Positions 47,563 to 60,570 of a stretch of DNA of 63,187 nucleotides are shown piece after piece (position 1 is the stretch's first letter; every line of letters begins with the position of its first letter). The position numbers and the translations under genes were made by a program. Origin of the DNA: Carcharhinus longimanus (taxonomy: Eukaryota). The notes beneath the pieces are model-generated. The model made no database searches and was not told the DNA's origin. It saw only the letters and a list, made by a program, of their open reading frames with translations. The DNA lies in assembly GCA_030264375.1 (NCBI GenBank), contig JASCQW010000132.1, positions 115,285,891-115,349,077 on the forward strand, given 5' to 3'.

Positions 47563-49104
47563 CAATTTAATTTGAGTCAAATACATAATTTCCATTATAT
47601 AACATCCTTCAAAGTCCATATGAAATTGAATGCCAAATGTTTGACAATAGTTTCATGGCTGTTCAGAACAGCCTCTTTGATGACTAGAATAAGGATTTTC
47701 AAACGTTTTGTGTGGGATCCATACTGTCATGTCTTTCAGGACCTTCTGTCTTAAAATCTGTATGACACAGCCAATTTTCCAAAAGAAAACCATGTGTCTC
47801 CAAGGAAAGAAATGCAGACAGCTGGTTACATGAACAGAAATCTGATAATCTCAGAATCGTCAAGCAAGTTTTGGGGCCTCAGGATATCCTCCATTGCATC
47901 CTCAGAAATTACTATTCACTAATTATTCAGCTTTCCAGTCTAAAATGTTAGTGCTAAGTATGTCTTTGGCTCTTTTACTCTTTTTCACCTAAAATGTTAT
48001 TAAATACACTGATGTAAATTAAAGTCCAGATCAGCAGATGACAGATGTTGTAGTTTAGTGATATCTTTCTGCCAGATGGCATTTCATTACAAGGTTATCA
48101 TTTTCTTTTAATCCATAATCTCATATGCCTGCACATGGAAAGCATTCCTATTGTTTATATACTTATGTCCATATCGAGGCTATAATTTGCAGCTGAGTAC
48201 ACTGTAGGAACAAGCACTAACTGAAGCACCAGGAACCTGCTCCAGGCCCCTCAGTGCAAAGTAAAGCCTGTTTGCTCTGCATCAGAGTCAGCTATTCATA
48301 TCAAGCCTGTTTTAAAGTCAGTTTTTGGTATTTATAAAATCTGCCAAAGCAAGTAGAATTCTTCCCTGTAATAAGTGTGATGAAATCCATGTCCACATTG
48401 GAAATTGTGGAATTAAAAGCTCGCAAAACTATATTAAAAGGATTAAATTCCTAAAGCATTTCCTGAGATTATACACATTAAAGCCCAATTTTGCATCTTG
48501 GTACTACCAGTGGAGCCACACCACTGAGAACTTGTCCTGAATTTTCACAAAGACGAGAGGACATTAGCCAAAATGTCTGCAGAATCCTGATTCCAGAAGT
48601 GCCACCCCTGTTCCCAGAATGCACCACTTTTCTCAGGAGAGGGGATGGGTAGCAGACGGAAATGGGGAAAAGCTGTCTTCAAACTGATGCAATTTTTACT
48701 GGGTTATCCGAAACACAACTCTGAGGCTTTAGACATTTAAGGAAAAGGTCTAAAACTGCCAGAGTTATTTGGAGAGGGAAGATAACCCTTTGGGAAAGGT
48801 AAGGTGCCCTTTTAATTATTAAGTATATGCACGACCACTGTTGTGACACTATCACAGTGTCAAGTCTTTTCAATCCCCAAGCCCTTTAAATTTTTTTTAA
48901 AAAATTGCTCACTGTGACTCGGCTTGCAATTTCACTATCTGTTGACATAAGCCTTAGGCTTGTCATTATTGGATTAGTTCTGCTTGACACCTTCCATAAC
49001 CTATTATCGTCATCACAGTTTTGGGGCTTGTAAGTTTGCAAGTTGAGTGATGGCTCCAAGTGCTTATGAAGAGATTAACTATCTTTAATGTGGGGCCATG
49101 AATA

Positions 49105-49246
49105 CAAAATAAAACCAAAATACTTTAGATGCTGGAGATCTGGAAATAAAAACAGAAAATGCTGGAGAGGCTCAACAGGGCTGGTAGCATCTATGGAGAG
49201 AGAAACGTAGTTAACGTTTTGCGTCCAATATAACTCTTCAGAACTA
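49105..49246 (-). mobile_element. Penelope pLTR with decayed hammerhead core
   Basis: Minus strand reads gtt-CTGAAGA-gttatattggacgc-AAAA-cgTT-aac. Confidence 0.7.
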
Positions 49247-49379
49247 GGAAAGAAATGTTTATTTTTATAAAGGATTAAATACTTGAATTTATGAATGAAC
49301 ATTTTTTAATAATAAAGCCTACAAAGTGTGCTTAGAAGTTTGTTTTATTTCATTGCACCATGGCTCATGAGGTGTGCTC

Positions 49380-49640
49380 ACGGTGGACACTGGGTGAGTT
49401 GTCATGGAGAGTGTAAGGGCACAGGGTGGGGGGGTCATGGATTTATATGAGTTGACATTAGGTAGGCATAGGGACTTTAAATGGCCATGGAGATGAGATG
49501 ATATGGAGGGTATGCAGGCTAGGGGGAGGATGGATAGAGGGGCTTAGGTCAACATGGAGGGTATGAATGGTCATGGGGCATAGCTTGGCATGGAGGGTAT
49601 GAGGGACCATGAAGTGGTATGAGTTGAAGTGGATAGAGCA
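49380..49640. repeat. Degenerate G-rich tandem repeat (catggagggtatgagg-like)
   Basis: Recurrent atggagggtatg units. Confidence 0.5.
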
Positions 49641-50520
49641 TGATAGCTGTTTTTGGTTTTGTTAACTTTTTTTTCAGCTGGGAAACCAAGGCTGGCCTTT
49701 TAACTAGCCTGTCTCAGCACATGGCTGGCACAGTCCTCCCCACTGCTGCCGCCTCCCCCTCTCCCCCATCTCCCCAAACACCTCAACCCCAGAACAAAAA
49801 CCAGACTATTCAGGGCACTTTCTCCCAAGTCGAGTTCACGAAGTTGGAAAGATTCAGTCCCTTATATCAGATGTTCCACTGCCCCACACATCATTTTCTG
49901 ACTATTTTTAATACACGATTGGAATCAAGTATGAAGTTTCCAGCTGGCAAAGCTCATCACTGGAGCTTTTGGTTCCCACTTCTGCAACAAAAACCCAAAG
50001 TTGTCACTTGTGATATTTAGCTCTTCAGGGTCTCCTGCGTTCCAGTGCCTGTAACTGACCTCTTTTTCTTCCACATCCTTTACTTTCAAACATTGCACTT
50101 TGTTGTGTTACAGTTAGCATCAATACCTAACAGCATTGTTGGCCACTCTGGCAATGGAATACAGCTTTGGCTGATTCACAAGAAGGATGGCAACAGAGCA
50201 GTCTCCTGTTGTACAACCTGCTCAAATTTCCTTTCCAATGACTTCAATGTCAGGCAAAGTGTGCAATGGGCAGCTGATCTTTAACACCAATTTTGTGCTG
50301 CTGCCAATGTTGAATTTCATTTCTTAAAGGCAAGAACATGAGCTGCTGAGACAGGTGAGTGCTTCTGGTCTATTTCACCCAGGACAACTGCGGTACATTT
50401 TCGATTGAGCTCAGACCTTGGGGCCAAATCCAGAATCACTTCAAGTGACCACTCTTTTCATGGCTTTATGAAAAGATTGACAATTGATCTTCCACATGAA
50501 TGACTTAACAACATAGAAAA

Positions 50521-50771
50521 CAAGCATTTGGAGAGGTTTGACATGATCAGAAATAGTCAGCATGGTTTTGTCAAGGGCAGGTCGTGCCTTACGAGCNNNN
50601 NNNNNNNNNNNNNNNNNNNNNNNNNNNNNNNNNNNNNNNNNNNNNNNNNNNNNNNNNNNNNNNNNNNNNNNNNNNNNNNNNNNNNNNNNNNNNNNNGTAG
50701 GTGTTGATGTGATCGGCGCAACTCGTGGGCCGAAGGGCCTGTTTGTGCTGTAGTGTTCTATGTTCTATGTT
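50521..50771 (+). mobile_element. Young 5'-truncated CR1 spanning a gap
   Basis: KHLERFDMIRNSQHGFVKGRSCLTS, a (ttctatg)n tail, and aaaacaa duplicated at 50517-23 and 50772-78. Confidence 0.85.
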
Positions 50772-51584
50772 AAAACAATTGGAATGCAGCAGACTGAACC
50801 TTTGTCACTTGCTGGCATTGCTTATAAAGCATGGCTGTTGAGCTGCCCCAAAGATCAAGCAGACTTTAAATGCTGTCAGCGTTATGCTCCATATCTTCTT
50901 TCACAGTGTTAAATTATTGCCTTTCAATTGCAATTATGCTGCTACATAATAACATGCCACTATGGTGCCTTAGCAGTACCACAATAAGTCTTAAATCAGT
51001 TCACAATTTCTCATGACATTTGTTTAAACTTCTTAGTCTGGGACCGCATTTAAATTCTTGATTATATACTATTATGTTTTCATAATTTTGCAGAAGTTCA
51101 CACTCCAATTCACATTGAAACTTTATTTTTGTTTGAAATAAATATTCAGATATAGAATGTGCTGAAATTAAGTATTTCATTAAATATTTCCCTGTTGTGT
51201 GATGTCACACCTGGAAATGGCTTCTTATGTTTGCACAGTTTTGTCCATATTATTGGGCCCTTGTCAAAGCTACCATCTGGAACAATCTACTACAAATCTA
51301 ACAGGCGTTATTTGCATCAGCTTAAGTATTATAACTGCCAAGCCAATTTGGCAAGCAGAAATTCTAGTAGAAATGTGTCAGCACAGGAAAGATGTAAAAC
51401 CAAAGCTGTCGAAGGAGCCTATAGTATCTCAAAGAAAGAGATTATGTTTGGGAGCCAGAGCAAAATGCGAAAGACAACCAAATTAAGGCAACCTTTATAT
51501 ATGACAAAAATTGTTCTGTATCATTGCTAATTTCCAGTTTTTTTCCCCTTATTGCCAGCTGTGACTGGAATGATGTAACTCTCA

Positions 51585-52160
51585 ATTACTCTCACCTTAG
51601 AGTCAGGTGGTCATGGATTAAGTCCCAACCCGAGACTTCTGCACAAGATCCAGGCTGACACTCCCTGTTCACTACTGATGGAGCGTTGCACTGTCTCTCA
51701 GTAGATGTAAAGTACCCTAAAGTAAATATATTACCATTGCTCTGCAATCACTGGGTCAAAATCCTGGAATTCCCTCTTTAACAACATTGTGGGTCAGCCC
51801 CCAGAATGTGGACTGCAGTGGTTCAAGAAGGCAGCTCACCACCACCTTTTCGAGAGCAACTAGGGATGGGCAATAAATGCTGGCCAGCCAGTAATGCCCA
51901 TGTCCCACAATTGAATTGAAAAAAACCCTCTTACACTAGTCTGAAGAAGAGCATTGGAGTTTTCCTTGATGTTCTGATAATATTTATCCCTAACAATCAT
52001 CACTTCAAACACATTATTATCTGTTCATTGCCACATTGGTGACTGTGCTACTATGCTGTATGCAAGTTGGCCGTCTCAGTTCCTACAAGAGTGCTTGCTC
52101 TTCAGAAAGAACTCAGCAGCTGTAAAATGCTTTGAGGCTGTGGGCAACGCTATAGAAATT
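51585..52160 (+). mobile_element. DeuSINE-like element interrupted by an RTE-X-type 3' end (~51726-51924)
   Basis: actctcaccttagagtcagg...caggctgacactccc head, taatatttatccct core, and an inserted gggtcaaaatcctggaa...aataaatgctggcc. Confidence 0.7.
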
Positions 52161-52389
52161 CTAGGTATTTTCTTGCACTCTAGTCTGCTCTTGAAGCTGT
52201 TTAGTGTGTTTTGAATGTGTTAAAATAACAGAGGTGCTTATTTGTAGGAAACATGTTATTAGCAAATAGTTATGAAATATTGATAGGTATAAACCTACAG
52301 CTTCTAGCTCATTTCTGCTTGATATGCTTTTAAGAAACAACATTAAGAATTTTATCACATTTATCACTTTTAATTAATCCCTCACTTTA

Positions 52390-52950
52390 TTCTCATGCAA
52401 GCCTTTGATGATGCTGCTGTCATGCAACCATATGCCATTGGAAATAATCGTCTTTGCTGGGCCAGCGCTGCCTCTTATTACAAGAGCAATGTACAGCAGC
52501 ACAAAGCTTCAGGAGTCTTCTGTACTGAACCCTGATACATTTGACTGGGGAAAGATTATACTTGAGCATCAGAGTAACAGCGCACTGTATCATAATTAAG
52601 CCGTTATATGCAGGTGCATGTGTTTAAGTATGTGTGCCATTTACCCTGAAGCATGTACATTAGGCTAAAAAAGTGCATTAAACTGACCCTATTTCAAACC
52701 CCTTTTAAACCACGCAGAGCTTATTCATGGGCGGACAGAGTAATTGTTATTCAGCTGTCCATAATGAGATGCATTGCCCAAAGACTGAAGCTTCCTCTTT
52801 TGTTATGCTAATAAAGTCCTATTAGAAGCCTGGCTGCCTTCATCTTCTCGCTAATCCGTCTTGCTTTTCTCCTCCCCACAGCAGGGCTAGCTGACAGCGG
52901 GAGGCAGAGATTTTTTTTGGACAGGGCGATTACTATACTGCTTTTCCAAA
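52390..52950. promoter_or_regulatory. Candidate conserved non-coding element
   Basis: Repeat-free. Contains cataattaag, taattg, E-boxes, ctaataaa, gctaatcc and ctgacag. Confidence 0.5.
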
Positions 52951-53229
52951 ATCTGAAGACTGCTGTTAACTTTTATGACTTGCATGTTTTAGGATGAATT
53001 GGAAATTTTTTTTTAAAGAGCCTTTTAATATTTAACTTTGGCAGAAATTGAAATCTTATCCGACAGACAATACTGGTTATTGTCAACATTGGCATTTTTT
53101 AAATAGGTTTTAATTGTGATGTTGCTTTTTCTAAGAGACACTTTCCTTTAAACTTGAGATGCACAGAAAGTTTCTAATTTAATATGGTGTTAGGCCCAAC
53201 CTCTATAAAAAAATCTCTGTACTGTTCTA

Positions 53230-53510
53230 TATCTGGCTTTTTGTACATCCTCTAATTTCATCACTCTACTATTGCCAGCCATGTCTTCAGCTGCTGCCTG
53301 AAGCCATGGAACTGTCCTCTCTGAACCTTTCCATGTCTCTACTTCTCTCTTCCTGCTTTAAGGTGCTTCCTATAACCTATCTCTTTGACCAAGTCTTTGG
53401 TCATCGATTCTAATATCCCTCTTTGTGATTCAATTTGCAATTTAATAATGGCCCTGTGATGTGCCCTGGGAAGTTTGACTATGCTATATGTACTGTATGA
53501 ATGCAAGTTT
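53230..53510 (+). mobile_element. L2 3' fragment
   Basis: gccatgtcttcagctgc...aacctatctctttgaccaag...atgaatgcaagtt. Confidence 0.6.
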
Positions 53511-53769
53511 GGCTAATGTCAGAGATCTTAGATTTTGCTATTGGTGATGCAAATGGGTTTCAACTGAAACCTCAAGAATTAAAGAAAGCAGAATGGTGCA
53601 TTTTGCACAAGTATCGCCAATTGCTCCCAAAGCAGAAGCTCTGTCCCTGCACATGGCAGGGCACAAATTTAATCTTTTTCAATCTGTCCCTACTGTTCTT
53701 GTGAAGTGTTGAGTAATGACCAGAAGAAGAGATTTCTGCAGTTGTCTCCAACATTCAACATTTAGCTTT

Positions 53770-54063
53770 GAACGTGATGATATAATGAAGCTCTATTAGC
53801 CTTCTCCGGTAGATGATAAAAGATCCGGTGATGCAATTTTGAAGAGGGGCAAAGAAGTTCTCCACTGTCTTCTGGCCCATATTTATCCTTCGACCAATGG
53901 AGGAAATCAGACTCTCTGGTCATTTACTCATTGCTGTTTGTAAGACATTTCTGTACACATGTTAGCTGCCACTTATATTACAACAAAGAATACACTTCAA
54001 AAAAGAAAGTACTTCCTTGACTCTGATGTGCTTGGGGGTATCGTGAGGTTGTGAAAGGTGCCT
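53770..54063 (+). mobile_element. DeuSINE-like fragment
   Basis: ggcccatatttatccttc...tctggtcatttactcattgctgtttg...tgaggttgtgaaaggtgc. Confidence 0.65.
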
Positions 54064-55114
54064 TTCGTTTTTGCGTTAAACTATTATTTTCAGCTTGTTA
54101 CGAGCTGTTTAAGTTTTTGTGTGACACCCTTGGAATGAATTATATATTTTATAGATATAGCTTAAAATATCATTTTCCGAGTTTTGAAACTCCAGAGGCA
54201 TCAAACACAGAGCCTTGCCCTTTCACAGAATAGATTTTGTTTTGATGTGAATTTGATACGAATTAAACTCGGGAGTAGATCTTAATAAGCAGACTGCCAT
54301 GGTGTGTAGTATTCATTCATTCATTCATGTGTGCCCTGCCTGAAGGCAGGACCTTGACTTACTGTCTGCTAATGCCTCATCCTTAGTTATTTTCTTGGCT
54401 GTTTTTTAATGATGTTTGCCATCGCCTTCCACTTTCAAAGACAGGACAAGGAGGCAGGCTCCAACTCTACCTCAGCTGAACCAGGAATTGAACCTGTGCT
54501 GTTGGCATCATTCTTAATCACACATGAAGCAACCACCCCCTCACCTCCCCTCCCCCCCAAAAAAATTTGCAGTAAAATATTTTTTAAAAATTGCTTCTGC
54601 AGTGAAAGATTTTTATTTCAGTTTGCTTCTGAAGTTGAATGTACAGAGACCATTGTTTACTTGTGGGTTCAGGAAATGTTAAATTTGAATTGTCTCAATC
54701 TAAAATTGTAATATTAAGCTGTATGAGTGGGAGAATCTTCATTGATTCAGTACATGAGATTTCGATATCAAATAGCTCTCCTTCCCCACAACACCATGAA
54801 AAGGATCAAATTTACAACCATTGGAGCACTACAAAGGGCTGAAGAGGGGTAGAATTGCTTTTGGGATGTTGACAAATCAGCAACATATTTTACCCCTTGC
54901 CTAAATTTCCTCTCCTGTGTTTTTGCACTGTCATCAAGAAGAGTTTCACCAATCAGTAATTCAGACTGAATGTGCGTAATTTTATGGTTCCCTTAACTGT
55001 GTTTGCAGGCGGAGGGGCACCTGTAAAATTCAGTGAGGGACTTTCCCACCACCTATGACCTAGAGCGGCTTGCCTGCCCTCACCTAAATTGAAGCTCTTA
55101 ACTGGTCAATTAAT

Positions 55115-55380
55115 GGGAGATGGTGTTGTAATGGCAGTGTCACTGGACCAGTAATCCAGAGGGCCAGGCCAACGCTGTGGGTCATGGGATTGAATCCCAC
55201 CACAGCATCCGGTGGAATTTAAATTTGATTAATAAATCTGGTATCAAACTATCATTGGTTGTCATTAAAAACTCATCTCATTCACTAATGTCCTTTAGGG
55301 AAGGAAAGCTGCCATCTTTATCTGGTCTGGCCTACATGCGATTGGAGATCCACAGCGATGTGATTGACTCTCAATTGCTT
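55115..55380 (+). mobile_element. tRNA-like-headed element (family of 26763/29435/58365)
   Basis: gtgtcactggaccagtaatccagagg...gggattgaatcccacc...tcctttagggaaggaaa. Confidence 0.65.
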
Positions 55381-55522
55381 AGAGAGAAAGGAGGAAAACC
55401 AATTTAGCCACTGAAAGTCAATGCCTTTATTAATGCTGTTAAAAGAGTTACTCAGAAACCACTAACTGAACATCGCAATTGCTTCAACATAAGTTCAGAC
55501 CTTTGGTTGTCTACCGCAGAAT

Positions 55523-55843
55523 TTCATAGACTCCCTACAGTGTAGAAGGAGGCCATTTAGTCCATCAAGTCTGCACCAACAACACTCTCATCCCCGGCCC
55601 TATTTACCCTACTAATCCCTCAAACCTACACATCCCAGGACACTAAGGGGCAACTTAGCATGGCCAATCCGCCTAACCCACACATCTTTGGACTGTGGGA
55701 GGAAACCGGAGCACCTGGAGGAAACCCACGTGGGCACGGAGAGAACATGCAAACTCCGCACAGACAGTGACCCAAGCCGGGAATCGAACCTGGGTCCCTG
55801 GAACTGTGAGGCAGCAGTGCTAACCACTTGCAACCATGCTGCC
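55523..55843 (-). mobile_element. HE1/V-SINE, CR1-type tail
   Basis: Low-divergence head and core. Confidence 0.9.
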
Positions 55844-56111
55844 TATCTTGTAGGACTTGACCAGCTGCCTATGCCATAGAGAATACAGTTTCAGTTGATG
55901 GGCATATGCATTATAAGGCTGTATGTGGTTCTCTGATTATTAGGATGTGGTGATCTGACAGAGCTGTGACCATACTAGGTTTGTTGGATAAATAGATCTC
56001 CCTTTCCCCACAGGAGCAATCTCTGTCTTGCCTATCAGTTTGATAGTAACCTCGTACTAAGTGAGGACTGTTTATCAGCCGCATTTCCCCCAGTCTTTCC
56101 CTTCTGTTGTA

Positions 56112-56418
56112 GAATGATAGAATCCCTGCAGTGTAGAAGGAGGCCATTTGGCCGATCGAGTCTGCGCCAACAACAATCCGACCCAGGACCTATCCCTGTA
56201 GTTGCAGGTATCTACCCTGCTAATTCCCCTGACATTAAGGAACAATTTACCATGGTCAATCTGCCTAACCCACACATCTTTTGGACTGTGGGAGGAAACT
56301 GGAGCACTTGGAGGAAACCCATGCGGACATGGGGAGAACATGCAAACTCCACGCAGACAGTGACTCAAGGCTGGAATTGAACCTGGGTTCCTGGCACTGT
56401 GAGACAGTGCTAACCATA
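56112..56418 (-). mobile_element. HE1/V-SINE, CR1-type tail
   Basis: Head, core and tail present. Confidence 0.9.
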
Positions 56419-56469
56419 CCAGTCCTTGTGTGCCAGCTCCTGGAATAAGATGAAAGAAAGGCATGTGAT

Positions 56470-57140
56470 GACAAAGGGTGGAGCAGAGGTAGGGAAAGAT
56501 ATGATGAATAGGGTGCTGATGAAAAAGTTTTCATGAGATAAGGAGTGGTGATATGCGTACCTCACTACTGGTTGTGTAAGATCCCTGAGAGAGTAGCCAT
56601 TTGGGTAGATGATGCCATGATGAGAGCTTGAAATTGGAAGGAGTTGAAGGATGACCTACCCTGGAGGAGGGGATGAGATCATTCACCCTCTTCCTGCACT
56701 GGATGGCGTTCGGGAGTGATGCCAGCCACGCTGACTTCCTGTGCAACTGCCTCCCAGGCCGGAGAGGTAAAGCTTGTGTGCTCCCTGGGCCCATCCCTCA
56801 GATACAGAACATGCCTGTGCACCCATCAGGCCTGGTGGACGAAGCAGAGTGCTGCTTTCATCTGTAACGTTCTCCTGGAGACAGGTAGCTGGAGACAGTG
56901 GGATGCATGTGTTCGACTGGCATTTAGATATGGCACCCAGACCTTTGACGCCGCCAGCTGATGGCAGGTGGATGTAACAGTTCCCAAGTTGCCTGGTAAT
57001 TCAAAGAGATACTTGCATGGGCATAATTAATGACCTTCCAAGTACAGAATCGGATGCGAGTTCCTGCCATTTTGAACAGTAAAGCGGGTGCCATTGAAAC
57101 AGCCCACCTCTGTGCTTTTCGTAAATGGAAATTTCCACCT
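56470..57140 (-). mobile_element. PIF/Harbinger remnant with frameshifted Myb/SANT-like domain
   Basis: PAWEAVAQEVSVAG / IQCRKRVNDLI followed by a gtaggt donor-like site. Confidence 0.7.
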
Positions 57141-58592
57141 CCTCAGTGTTGAATTTAGTTTGCTGATGCTCTTGTGAAATGCTTTGTGTCTTTTTATTGC
57201 AATAGTTGCTACATAAATCAAATTGTTGTAATGAAAGTAGGATAAGTCAAAAATACATGCTTTTCAAAGAAAAATGTTATGTTAACTTTTCCAACTGAGA
57301 ATTCTTTTCTGAGCTGGAAAGCAAGCTATTGGGCTGGACTGAACAAATAAGGGCAGGCAGTGGGATGTGAGAGAGAAGAATAGNNNNNNNNNNCAGTCTG
57401 CATTTCACTTGAGTGAAGAAGAAATACTGATGAACCTGCAAACGATATGCTGCGGTTTTTCAATGCAATTATGGTAATTCAGTACTGATATGGACATTTA
57501 ACTATGTTGCGTTTAGGTTTCCATCACTCCATAATTTGAAGATGAGGCAAGAGAAAATGGTTTTGGCTTTTATAAATTTTAATGACAGTGGAAGTAACTG
57601 CAAAACAGTAATCTAATCAAAGGCTTTAGATGGTTTGAATAGAGAATAGCATCCTTTGCAGTTGTCTAATTTTGATGGTCAGATTGCTTAGTGGTTACCT
57701 CAAAGGGAGTGCAGGGCAGTAACCCAATTTAGGGGCTCACAGTGCATCAAATGACACTACGATGATTTATACCAGTCATCTACAATTAGATTAGAGCTTT
57801 GAAATCACTCCAGGATGCTTGTTATTCTGAACAGTATACTGTTTAATTGGCTATGCGATCTTGTTCAATTCTTGTTCCATTTTTCCATCTGACAGTCATT
57901 GTCACTGCCCACACAAAATGTTCAGGTGCCTTGTGTCACCAGTGTGTGATGATATCCCCACTGAAGGATTAATAATTACCACATCATTGCTGAGATTTAT
58001 AAAGAGATAATTTCCAGTTGATAAAATTTTATTTATCATGTTGTTTCCACCGCCCCCCCATGGCATTTGCAGTGCGAGGAATGTGACCAGACTTGCCCAA
58101 CATGCATAATTTAGAATGTGGAAAGTCAAGGAATACATAGGTGTTACACACCAAATGCATTAGGGATCCATTTGAAAATAAAAAAGATCTTGATTTTCAA
58201 CACTTTAACAATTGAGTGTACATCAGACTAAACTGTACCAGAAGAATGTTTGACAAAACTAAAAGATCATTAAGCTTAGCAAGCCAGAGATCACCACATC
58301 TCCAGGGATTACCCTGATCTACTCAAACTCTCATTATATACTCGATACCATATGGATGTGGAGGCTAGATTACTGAACTAGTAATTCAGAGACCTGGATA
58401 ATGATCCAGAGACATGTGTTCCACACCAAAAATGCCTGCTGGGTAATTTAAATTCAGTTAATTAAATCTGGAATAAAAATGCTAGTATCAGTAATGGTGA
58501 CTATGAAGCTACCAGACTTCTGAAGCAGTCTGTGCTCATATGCAGCAAGATCTGGACAACGTTCAGGTTTGGAATGATAAGTGGCAAGTAAC

Positions 58593-59355
58593 AATGACAA
58601 TAATCTCTCCCTCAGTGTCAGTCAAACAAAGGAGATAGTCATCAACTTCAAGAAGTGTAGTGGAGGACATGTCCTTGTCTGCATCAGTGGTGATGAAGTG
58701 GAAATAGTCAAGAGCTTCAAGTTTCTAGGTGTCCAAATCACCACCAACCTGTATTGGTCCCTCCACGCTGATGCTATAGTTAAGAAAGCCCATCAATGCC
58801 TCTGCGTTCTCAGGAGGCTAAGGAAATTTGGCATGTCCGCTACAACTCTCACCAGTTTTTACAGATGCACCATAGAAATCATCCTTTCTGGATTTATCAC
58901 AGTTTGGTCCTGCTCTGACCAAGACCACAAGAAACTGCAAAGGGTTGTGAATGTAGCCCAGTTCATCTCACAAACCCACCTACCATCAGTTGACACAGTC
59001 TAACTTTCCGCTGCCTTGGGAAAACAACTAGCGTAACCAAAGACCCCACGCATCCTGGGCATACTCCCTTCCATCTTTTTCCGTCAGGGAAAAGATACAA
59101 AAGTCTGAGATCGCATACCAACCGACTCGAGAACAGCTTCTTTTCAGCTGCCATCAGACTTTGGAATGGATTTACAATATATTAAGCTGATCTTTCTCTA
59201 CAGCCTGGCTATGACTGTAACATTATATTCTGCACCCTCTCCTTTCCTTCTCCCCTATGTGCTCAATAAGCGGTATGCTTTGTCTGTATAGCATGTAAGA
59301 AACAGTACTTTACACTGTATTCCAATACATGTGACAATAATAAATCAAATCAAAC
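58593..59355 (+). mobile_element. Rex1/Babar LINE 3' portion
   Basis: ORF 58581-59003 reads NNLSLSVSQTKEIVINF...FKFLGVQI...RRLRKFGMS, with an aaatc tail. Confidence 0.92.
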
Positions 59356-60446
59356 ATTTATGACCCACAAGTGCCAGGCAATGACCATCTCCAACAATAG
59401 AGCATCCAACATTTCCCCTTCATATTTAATGGCATTACATTGCTGAATCCCAATGAGTAGGTCAAAGACAAAGATTCTATGGAACATAACTCACCTCCTG
59501 ATTCCCCAAAGCCTGTCTACTGTCTACAGGGCACAAGCTGGGAGTGTGATGAAATATCCTGTACTTATTGCCTGGATCAGAGCAGCTCAACAACACTCGA
59601 TACTCAACACCATCTAGGACAAAGCAGCTCGTTCGATTGACACTCCAGCCACCAACTTCAACATCCACTTCCTCCATCAACAATTCACAGTGGCATCTAC
59701 AAGATGTACTGCAGCAACTCACCAAAGCTTCTTTAACAACACCTTCCAAATCCTCAATCTCCATCACCTTGAAAAAAAGGCAGCAGATGCATGGGAACAC
59801 TACCACCTGCAAATTCCCCTCCAAATCACCTGACTTGGAAGTATATTGCTGTTCCTTCATTGCAGTTGGGTCAAAATCCTGGAGCCCACTCTATCAGCAT
59901 GGTGGATGAACCTACATCACAGAGATTGCATCGGTTCAAGAAGGCAGCTCACAACCACCTCCTTGAAGGCAATTAGTGACGGGTAATAAATGCTGGCCTA
60001 ACCAGTGACACCCACATCCTATGAAAGAATAAAAGAGAACTTATCACAAAAACCCCTCTGGTTCATTAACGTCAGAAGGAAATCTGCCGTTCTTACCCAG
60101 TCTGGCTTTTGAGTGGCTGGGGACCCACAGTAATGTGGTTGACTCATTAAAGCCCGCTGAAATGGCCTAGAAAACCACAGCCACAAAAAGGAATAAAAAT
60201 TGAGAGATCACTCAACTATGTTCCAGGCATTGGATTTGGATACGACAGACAAAGGCACATCCAGCCCAGTTGAAGTATTGCTGACTAACATCTAACATCT
60301 GCCATTATTATCAAACCAGGTAACCCACCCTGGTTTAATGAAGAATGTAGAAAAGCATGTCAGGAGCAGCAACACGTGTACCCAAAAATGATGTGCCAAC
60401 CTGGTGAAGCTACAACATTGAATGACATTCCTGCTAAACTGCCAAG

Positions 60447-60570
60447 CACAGTAAGAAGTCTCATAATACCAGGTTAAAGTCCAACGAGTTTATTTGGTAG
60501 CAAATGCTGCTAGCATTTGTGAGACTTCTTACTGTGTTTACCCCAGTCCAACACCGGCATCTCCACATCA
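60447..60570 (-). mobile_element. Second Penelope-derived inverted-repeat mini-element, lacking the hammerhead core
   Basis: Perfect 17-nt inverted arms at 60447-60463 and 60520-60536. tgccaagca is duplicated at 60440-48 and 60575-83. Confidence 0.75.

Noticed and set aside
55760-55843. tRNA gene
   Set aside because: tRNA-derived SINE head continuing into the V-core, not a standalone cloverleaf.
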